Positions 57,189 through 64,000 of a DNA stretch of 64,000 bases are shown here, piece by piece. A model generated the notes under the pieces. It was not told where the DNA came from. It saw nothing but the letters and a program-made list of their open reading frames with translations, and did not search any database. Positions within the stretch are counted from its first letter, which is position 1, and each line of letters starts with the position of its first letter. The DNA lies in IMG/VR virus record IMGVR_UViG_3300005337_000441, positions 62,001 to 126,000 of that record; one strand, 5' to 3'. Both the position numbers and the translations under genes were made by a program.

Positions 57189-57881
57189 GTGAGTACCGAG
57201 ACCGAACAAACCTTCCAGTTCAAAGAGCTGGACAAATTCGCCATGTTCACCGACGCCCCCGGCGTCCAGAACCGTCGCAGCCGTCTGCAATGGAGCAGCT
57301 ACCGCGGCAATCCGCGCATTGCCGTCTTCACCGGCGTGCCCGACGACACGAACAAGGGCGTCATCACGGCCCCGATGAATCCCGAAACGGCCATGATCCT
57401 GTTCGATCTGCTGGACGATTTGCGCCTCGGTGCTCCCGATCGCAAGTACAAGGTCGAGAACTACACGCTGCCCAAGGCCGAAGAGGGCGAGAAGCGCAGC
57501 AGCGAGAAGATCCACCTGTCCGACACCTGGATCGGCAAGGACAAGGAAGGCGTGCTGTGGATCTCGGTGCGTGCACCGAACCGTCCGACCATCGTCTTCA
57601 AGTTCACGGTCAGCGACTTCCACAAGCTGTTCAAGGGCAACGGCGAGCAGCTCACCGAAGCCGAAGCCAGCTGCCTGCAAGCCAAGGCCGTCGTCGAAAA
57701 CCTGCGCGCCATCTTCCAGGTGCACTCGGCCGAACTGCGTCCGCCCTTCGATGCCGAAGCGGCCAAGGCACGTCGTGCCGGTGGCGGCGGTGGCTACGGT
57801 AACCGTGGCGGTGGTCAGCAGCGTTCCGGTGGTGGTAGCACCAACGCCTTCTCCGATCTGACGGACGACATTCCGTACTGA
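57189..57881 (+). CDS. chmC: ChmC-like nucleus-associated nucleic-acid-binding protein (phiKZ gp67 position)
   Basis: 230 aa; beta-rich core with Gly/Arg-rich tail ending TDDIPY; directly upstream of the gp68-like gene. Confidence 0.6.
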   Translation: MSTETEQTFQFKELDKFAMFTDAPGVQNRRSRLQWSSYRGNPRIAVFTGVPDDTNKGVITAPMNPETAMILFDLLDDLRLGAPDRKYKVENYTLPKAEEGEKRSSEKIHLSDTWIGKDKEGVLWISVRAPNRPTIVFKFTVSDFHKLFKGNGEQLTEAEASCLQAKAVVENLRAIFQVHSAELRPPFDAEAAKARRAGGGGGYGNRGGGQQRSGGGSTNAFSDLTDDIPY

Positions 57882-57956
57882 TCCAGCGACAAAACACGAC
57901 ACCATCATGGCACGGGACTGACGAGGAGTCAGTCCCGTGCTTAACCGGTTCACGGC

Positions 57957-57973
57957 CACATATACTCTATGTG
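57957..57973 (+). promoter_or_regulatory. class-1 promoter
   Basis: CACATATACT-CTATG-TG after hairpin 57910-57940. Confidence 0.75.
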
Positions 57974-58024
57974 TAGAAGCGCTACGGAAGTGGCCTTCAA
58001 AGTCCGCGTTGACACCGAGGGGAT

Positions 58025-59587
58025 ATGCAAGCAACTGCGCACGTTCATGTTCCGAGTGCGACACCATACGTCAAGCTCGAACACGGAGAAGATAGCGTCA
58101 CCTTCTCCATCTCTGTTTTCAGTCGAAAGAACTTCCAAGGAGAGTCTGAGGGAACTTTCGATCACATCAACCAGTACTGGGCACAACTCCCCGCAGCCCG
58201 CCAAAACAAGATCTTCGAAATCTACAAGGCCATCGAGCATGGCATGGACAACATCTACAAGCAACAAGACCTGACGGAATACCTGACGGATCGTGTTGCT
58301 GAGCTGATCGCGGCGCATGACCTGGACGCCGTGCAGTACTGGGTCCAAAACAAGTCCACCATCGTGATCCCTGGTGTTTTCGATGTGGACTACCAGCATT
58401 CCTTTGACAACAACACAAGCCGCGAGAAGACCTACACCCGTGGGGACTACGTCAAGCTGGTGTCGTTGTCGGTGTTGCTGCGCTGCATGATCCCGGTGTG
58501 GGGTACGTACATCTCCCACGTCCGTTCACTCACCGGCACGCTCTTCAAGGAAACGGCTGCGTTCAAGCTGCTCAACAAGTCCCCGATCGTTCACAGCGAA
58601 GCCATGCAAAAGCTGCGGACCTACGTCGAGAACATCGTCGGCGAGGACAAGTACAACCCGAACGTCGTTCACCAGGGCATCTCCTCCGAGGACTTCTGCT
58701 ACTGGCTCACCGCCATGATCTGCATTCGCAGGTTGTGCGTGGGTAACGTCTACGGAGCCGAGCCGCGTGCTCACCTCGTGGCGTTCATCTACAAGTTCAT
58801 CATGCGGCACATCCAGGGTGCGGAGACTTCCTCCGAAACCGCGGTGCGCGACAAGAAGAACGACGAGCAAGAAGCCAGCAGCTTCGGTGACAAGATCTCG
58901 GTGCTGGAGCGGTACAAGATCAAGTTCAATCTCTCGCCTGGCGAGATGGTCGAGCTTGAGATGACCATGCGCGACATGTGGGAAGCCGCGAACAAGATCA
59001 CGAGTCGTATCGACCCGGACGTCTTTAGGCGGGCGATGGTCACGTCGCTGGAACTGGCCAACAAACGCTTGACGGACCCGCAGATCAACATCCTGCGCTG
59101 GGTTTTCAAGAGCGTCATCTCGCCGCGCGGCATGATGTACCTACCCAATCCCACGGTCGTGGCAGCGCTCGGTGCCTGCGAAGCGATCCTCTGGTCGCTC
59201 GGCTACAAGTACCCGGCCATCCTCGTGACGTGCTATCCCGAGGTGAGTGAGCGTCCGTCCGAGTTGCGTGTCTCGCACACCGACTCCAAGATGCAGATCC
59301 CGGCCGATCTCCAGGCGAAGCTCGCCTATCTCTATCCCTTCAGCCGTCAAGTGAAGGGCAAGAAGTCCGACAACAATGGTCAAGACGTCAAGGTGGTGAA
59401 CCCCACTGCCAAGACCATCTCTGACCTCGCTGACAACCTGCGTATGTTCGCTTGGCGCCCCACGTGCCATGAAGACATGCTCATGGAAGTCTTTGGTGTG
59501 ACCAACCGCCGTGCGCCCGTGCGTCCTGACATCAAGATCGAGATCACTCGTCTGGTGGTGGACATCGGTGAACGCCGCTGGACTTAA
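58025..59587 (+). CDS. nvRNAP promoter-specificity (sigma-like) subunit, phiKZ gp68-like
   Basis: 520 aa; TY.R.DY..LV..S..LR...PVWG pattern; synteny. Confidence 0.7.
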   Translation: MQATAHVHVPSATPYVKLEHGEDSVTFSISVFSRKNFQGESEGTFDHINQYWAQLPAARQNKIFEIYKAIEHGMDNIYKQQDLTEYLTDRVAELIAAHDLDAVQYWVQNKSTIVIPGVFDVDYQHSFDNNTSREKTYTRGDYVKLVSLSVLLRCMIPVWGTYISHVRSLTGTLFKETAAFKLLNKSPIVHSEAMQKLRTYVENIVGEDKYNPNVVHQGISSEDFCYWLTAMICIRRLCVGNVYGAEPRAHLVAFIYKFIMRHIQGAETSSETAVRDKKNDEQEASSFGDKISVLERYKIKFNLSPGEMVELEMTMRDMWEAANKITSRIDPDVFRRAMVTSLELANKRLTDPQINILRWVFKSVISPRGMMYLPNPTVVAALGACEAILWSLGYKYPAILVTCYPEVSERPSELRVSHTDSKMQIPADLQAKLAYLYPFSRQVKGKKSDNNGQDVKVVNPTAKTISDLADNLRMFAWRPTCHEDMLMEVFGVTNRRAPVRPDIKIEITRLVVDIGERRWT

Positions 59588-59628
59588 ACCACATCTCCCC
59601 CCGTATTTACAGCACAAGGAATACCACA

Positions 59629-61089
59629 GTGTTTGAACAAGTCCTGCCGACTCAGGCTCAGCTTCAGATCACTCAACTGGACATCTTGGAAACTGGGACT
59701 TACAACCCCATGTATGCCAGGCCGTTTCAGATGAACGTCTCCGGCGATCGGTTGCAAGACATCACGGCGCGCGTCGAGAACTCGGGCGGTCAAGGTGTCA
59801 GTGCTTCGCTGCTTGGCGGTATTGCAGGTTCTATCCTGCGTCCGACCGAAGCCGCGCAGCATCAAGTGCCCATCCACATGGGTTGGGCTGAAAGGCGTTT
59901 GCGTTTCGTGATGTGGGTCGAGGCTCGCTCGCCCGCAGGCACGGTCTCCAACTACATCTTCCAAGGCTTCACGTCCTACGCGGGTGTCAGCCATGGTGGC
60001 GCCATCGACGAGAAGGAGATGGAGTTCTTCATCAACTCCTACATCCGCACCAATGGCGTCATGGTGCAGACCGATTACGGTACCGAGATGCGATACCAGG
60101 TGACCGAGTCCGCTCAGGTCATCAACGGCCAGATCGTGCGCAACTTGGAAAACCCCGAAGCCGACGTGTACGGTATGCGGCCGGGTGACATCTACACCGG
60201 CATCCAAAGCGGCTACCTGCAAAACGCCTACAGCGGTTACGGTCAAGGTTCGTTGTTGGACACGCGTGTGCAGCTGGGCGGCGACTCCGTCAACTCCAAG
60301 CGTGGCAACTGCCTGCCGAGCAACTACCTGGCCGGCATCGTCACCAACTACCGCACTGCGTCGGACCTCATCAGTTTCGGCCAAGGAACCGAGGACATCT
60401 ACGGTCGTGCGCGTGAGCTCAGCTACGAGCCCTCGCCCAACGAGAACCCGTTCATCCGTCAGCTCTCGCATGTGCGGAGCATGCCCAACCAAACGCGCTT
60501 CACCTATTCCAACCTGCGCACCATCTCTCCCCACATCGACAGCGTGACCACGTTCCGCGTGCTCGGTCCGACGGCGCGTGCCACCATGCACCAAGCCGGT
60601 CAGACCGCGTACTGGCACGGTCGTGACCACGACACGATCTGGGCGAGCCTGCTGAGCAATGCGGTTCCTGCACTCATGACTGAGCTCATGATCGGCCGCA
60701 TCGACTTCAGCTCCACCAACGACGCCATCGGCGGGGTCATCAACACCGCCATCGGCGACATCAGCGGCTTGTCCAACGTGGACATGTCCAGCAACATGAG
60801 GATGTTCATCCACCGTCTGCAGTCCGAGATCCTCTCTGATCTCGCCTACGACGGCCACATCTTCCATCTGCGCATGAGCTGCAACATCTACGGGGAGTCG
60901 ACGATCGATCTGAAGCTGGACGCCAGTCCGCCGTCACGCTTCACCACGCCGTCCTTCAGCGATGGTCTTTTCGCGCCTGTGTTCACTTCGGAGGTCAACT
61001 CCTACAGTAGCATGGTCAACAACTTCGAAGTGCTCATGAACCAGCTGCCGGGTAACGCCGGCAACAAGGGCTTGAACACGGCCATCTGA
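59629..61089 (+). CDS. picA: PicA/Imp1-like nuclear import factor (phiKZ gp69 position)
   Basis: 486 aa; ETGTY....RP, GW.E.RLRF, RP.DI; position between gp68-like and gp70-like genes. Confidence 0.65.
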   Translation: MFEQVLPTQAQLQITQLDILETGTYNPMYARPFQMNVSGDRLQDITARVENSGGQGVSASLLGGIAGSILRPTEAAQHQVPIHMGWAERRLRFVMWVEARSPAGTVSNYIFQGFTSYAGVSHGGAIDEKEMEFFINSYIRTNGVMVQTDYGTEMRYQVTESAQVINGQIVRNLENPEADVYGMRPGDIYTGIQSGYLQNAYSGYGQGSLLDTRVQLGGDSVNSKRGNCLPSNYLAGIVTNYRTASDLISFGQGTEDIYGRARELSYEPSPNENPFIRQLSHVRSMPNQTRFTYSNLRTISPHIDSVTTFRVLGPTARATMHQAGQTAYWHGRDHDTIWASLLSNAVPALMTELMIGRIDFSSTNDAIGGVINTAIGDISGLSNVDMSSNMRMFIHRLQSEILSDLAYDGHIFHLRMSCNIYGESTIDLKLDASPPSRFTTPSFSDGLFAPVFTSEVNSYSSMVNNFEVLMNQLPGNAGNKGLNTAI

Positions 61090-61099
61090 AAGCAACAAC

Positions 61100-62491
61100 A
61101 TGAATTTGATCCAAGTCTACGAGCCCCTGTTGCAGTTCGCCGGCATGACCGCCGACGAGAAAGGGTACGTCTCGACCTTCGCGAAGGAACCGGTGATCAT
61201 CGGCGGCAACCGCCTGGTGCTGCCCACGGTGTTCCAGCTGCGTGAGTGCATGGAGCGTGAGCGCATCGTCTTTCACCCGATGGCCGAGGACATTGTCCAA
61301 AGCGAATCGCCGGTTGTGAAGAAGCTGCGGCACAACATCGCCGTGCGCGTGAACCAAGCCATCGGCGTGCTGGGTCAAGCCCTCTTGAGCCTTGCGGCCT
61401 CGCCCGCGCTGCACAAGAAGCTCGACCCTCAGCAGTTGAAGCTGCTCACCTCCATCCGCGAAGTCGACCACAAGTCGGCGGAGAACTTCGGCATGGCGGC
61501 AGTGGCCAACATGAAGGAAGCGGCCGATCGGGCATTCGTGCACCTCTACCTCTGCCGGGGTGGCACGCACGAAGGCAAGAAGTACTCGCGCCTGGGCGTG
61601 GTGAGCTTCCCTTGCATCGCCAAGATCAAGGAAGGTGACTTCTACGCCAAGGCCCGGGTCAAGGACAAGGACACGTTCCTGGAGTTGCTGAACTACATGT
61701 TCCCCAACTGCGAGAACGACGACGCCTACAACGTCGGCTCCGATTCCCTGAAGGCGCCGTTCCTGCATGCGCTCATGCTCACCGCCGGTCAACTGGCTGC
61801 CCGCATCAACGAGCTGGTCGAGCTCTTCGAGGAGTACATCCCCTTCTCCGAAGACTTCACCAAGGAAGCGGTGATGTTCAACATGGACTGGTCGCCTGTG
61901 ATCATGAACATGGAAGAACACACGCAGCTCATCAACAGCGTGCCGCCTCAGAGCAGCGCGGTGGTGCCGCCTGAACCCGAAGCGCCTGTGGTGACTGCCG
62001 CTGCGCCGATGGTGCCGGTGATGCATGATCGTCGTGCGCCAGCTCCCGTGGCCGCTCCTGCTCCTGTGATGGCGCCTGAAGTCGTGAAGACCAACGGCGG
62101 CCTGGACTTCAACTCGGTCCTGCGCAAGGCTCAAGCCACAGCCGTGGCCTCAGCCTATCCGGGCGGTGTTGTCGTGCCGCAAGGCATGATGATGGTTCCC
62201 GTGGGCGGCTTGCCTCCGGGTCTGATGCCGGCTGGTGTGCCGATGGGTTATCCGCAGCAAGGCATGATGCCTCAGGGCATGATGCCTCAAGTGCGTGTTC
62301 CGACCTGGGCTCAGCCCTCGCCGGACCAGGTGATGGTGCAGACGCCGCAAGGTCCCATGACGCAAGCCGTGGCCATGCAGTACGGTCTGCAAATCCTGGG
62401 CATCATCGGTCCCGTGAATCAAGGCGCTCCGCAAATGACGCCGAGTGGTTACGGCATGCATCCCGTGCCGGGTTGGGCACAAGGCCGTTGA
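61100..62491 (+). CDS. phiKZ gp70-like protein with P/Q/G/M low-complexity C-terminus
   Basis: LVLPT, FHP..E N-terminal motifs; synteny. Confidence 0.65.
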   Translation: MNLIQVYEPLLQFAGMTADEKGYVSTFAKEPVIIGGNRLVLPTVFQLRECMERERIVFHPMAEDIVQSESPVVKKLRHNIAVRVNQAIGVLGQALLSLAASPALHKKLDPQQLKLLTSIREVDHKSAENFGMAAVANMKEAADRAFVHLYLCRGGTHEGKKYSRLGVVSFPCIAKIKEGDFYAKARVKDKDTFLELLNYMFPNCENDDAYNVGSDSLKAPFLHALMLTAGQLAARINELVELFEEYIPFSEDFTKEAVMFNMDWSPVIMNMEEHTQLINSVPPQSSAVVPPEPEAPVVTAAAPMVPVMHDRRAPAPVAAPAPVMAPEVVKTNGGLDFNSVLRKAQATAVASAYPGGVVVPQGMMMVPVGGLPPGLMPAGVPMGYPQQGMMPQGMMPQVRVPTWAQPSPDQVMVQTPQGPMTQAVAMQYGLQILGIIGPVNQGAPQMTPSGYGMHPVPGWAQGR

Positions 62492-62492
62492 T

Positions 62493-62552
62493 GACGGCAT
62501 AGACGGCATAGAGCCTGGGCCCCAAAGCCCAGGCTCTAGCCATCTCTTTTTT
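62493..62552. terminator. terminator between convergent genes with tandem GACGGCATA
   Basis: GACGGCATA x2; TAGAGCCTGGGC/GCCCAGGCTCTA stem; T-run. Confidence 0.75.
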
Positions 62553-62558
62553 GAGGTG

Positions 62559-62885
62559 TCAGGGTTTGGTTTGGTAGATGTTTTTCAGCAGATCGATCTC
62601 GTCGAGCTTGGGCACCACCACCTGGCTGATGTCGCCGGTGAAGTCCGCGGGACTGAAGAGGTCGTTGACACGCATCACGGCGTAGTGGTAGCGCTTGTCA
62701 ATCTTCAGGTCCAAAAGCAAACCGAAGAAGTCGCCCTGGTATTTCACGCATTGCGTGTTGGTGAGTTGGTTCACGACCACGCCATCCAGCGTGCGCAGGT
62801 AGGTCAAGTGGTCTTCGATGACCTGCATGAATCCCGCCGAGTAGTAGTCGTCCTCGACAGTGGGGGAAAGTGTATCGATGTCCAT
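62559..62885 (-). CDS. small conserved phiKZ-like protein
   Basis: AGGA RBS; Y.GDF.GLL...HY..MR.N pattern. Confidence 0.6.
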   Translation of the reverse strand: MDIDTLSPTVEDDYYSAGFMQVIEDHLTYLRTLDGVVVNQLTNTQCVKYQGDFFGLLLDLKIDKRYHYAVMRVNDLFSPADFTGDISQVVVPKLDEIDLLKNIYQTKP

Positions 62886-62911
62886 GGAACGGTTCCTAAA
62901 TTGTTGCTGGC

Positions 62912-62928
62912 CACATATACTTTCTATG
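62912..62928 (+). promoter_or_regulatory. class-1 promoter
   Basis: CACATATACT-TTCTA-TG upstream of the nvRNAP beta gene. Confidence 0.75.
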
Positions 62929-63000
62929 TAGACCCTGATCATCCGATTAGCCGGATGGTTGTAAAAGCCAATCTGAATTGAAGTAAAGAGAGATCCTTCA

Positions 63001-64000
63001 ATGTCGCAAGTTAATGAACTTCGTCCGGAGTTTTGCGGTATTCATTCCGTGAACTTCTTCCCCGCAGGGGACTCCGGTAGCCGTGCCGTCATGTTCGGCG
63101 GCCATTTCTCTCAACGTCTGATCCTGGAGCACTCCACCCCGCAGCGCATTCAAACCGGTGTTGCCCAAGAGCTGGGCAAGTTCACGTTCGGCATCAAGAT
63201 GCCCGAGAACGGCCGCATCATCAAGATCCTGCAACGCTATCCGGCGGGCGTGTCCATCGATTCGCTGGACTACAACCCCGAAACCCTGGTCATCTACGAG
63301 ATCGACGAGACGCACGTCATCGACTGCTTCACGATCCCCAACTTCCAGAGCTTCCACCAGACTTTCGGCTACCGGCTCGTCTTCAAGGACGCGATGAGCC
63401 TGTTGCGACCCAATGCCTTCATCGGCAAGGGCACGGTCTTTGCTGACAGCCCTGGCGTCGGTGACAACCAGAACTACATGTTCGGTGTCGAGCTGGAAAC
63501 TGCCTTCATGTCGCTGCCTGCGACCGCTGAGGACGGCATCATCATCTCGGAAGACGCGCTGCCGAAGCTGAAGTTCCACACCTTCGAAACCCGCAAGGTC
63601 AACTTCGGGGCCAACCAGTTCCCGCTGAACCTGTACGGGACGCTGGAACACTACAAGCCCTTCCCCGATATCGGTGAGCAAATCCGTGAAGACGGCCTGC
63701 TCATGATGTTCCGCTCCTACGACAGCGACCTGGCTCCTGTCGAGATGAGCATCTACGACACGATGGAGCCGGACTTCTACTTCGACACCGCCCTGTACAC
63801 CAAGCCGGGCAAGGGTCGCATCGTGGACATCCAGGTCATCTCCAACAACAACCCCAACCGTCAGCTCCCCGAGCTCATGGCCACTCAGCTGCGCAAGTAC
63901 GAGCGGGCCAAGGTGCGGTTCCACCAGGAGATTGTCGACACCGAGAAGGCGCTGCGTGCCGCGCACAAGAAGAAGTTCGGCACCAACAAGCTCTCGATCA
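63001..64000 (+). CDS. nvRNAP beta C-terminal subunit (phiKZ gp71-73-like), runs off the window
   Basis: Manual translation MSQVNELRPEF...DSGSRAVM...SQ and later GVELETAFMS..ATAEDGIIISE (RpoB-like). Not in the ORF track because it has no stop within the window. Confidence 0.85.
   Translation, partial: MSQVNELRPEFCGIHSVNFFPAGDSGSRAVMFGGHFSQRLILEHSTPQRIQTGVAQELGKFTFGIKMPENGRIIKILQRYPAGVSIDSLDYNPETLVIYEIDETHVIDCFTIPNFQSFHQTFGYRLVFKDAMSLLRPNAFIGKGTVFADSPGVGDNQNYMFGVELETAFMSLPATAEDGIIISEDALPKLKFHTFETRKVNFGANQFPLNLYGTLEHYKPFPDIGEQIREDGLLMMFRSYDSDLAPVEMSIYDTMEPDFYFDTALYTKPGKGRIVDIQVISNNNPNRQLPELMATQLRKYERAKVRFHQEIVDTEKALRAAHKKKFGTNKLSI

Noticed and set aside
1-64000. CRISPR array, IS element, rRNA, reverse transcriptase
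   Set aside because: No regularly spaced repeats, transposase, rRNA sequence or RT motifs recognised by eye.

Overview
This window looks like part of a nucleus-forming, phiKZ-like jumbo phage genome (Chimalliviridae). Recognisable core genes are the large terminase (634-2820, -), PhuZ tubulin (6191-7159), a B-family DNA polymerase (21358-23493), chimallin (31078-32937) and an uninterrupted non-virion RNAP beta' subunit with NADFDGD (50084-51490). The end of the window carries a phiKZ gp65-gp71-like block: SbcD-like nuclease, ChmC-like protein, gp68-like subunit, PicA-like protein, gp70-like protein and the start of the nvRNAP beta C-terminal subunit. Dense accessory genes fill the gaps, including nucleotide/NAD-related enzymes, membrane proteins and paralog families. 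Three candidate promoter classes and a conserved terminator-flanking motif are visible. The best candidate for something new is a ~1.65 kb mostly non-coding, heavily structured locus (14606-16290). It has a promoter motif shared with the chimallin gene, a perfect boxA, and two apparently paralogous large RNAs with a compensatory base-pair change, which flank a small Arg/Cys-rich protein. Also notable are a free-standing degenerate intein/Hint-fold gene (18871-19308) and an origin-like intergenic region (5150-5620). All calls come from motif recognition and recalled synteny; no searches were run.
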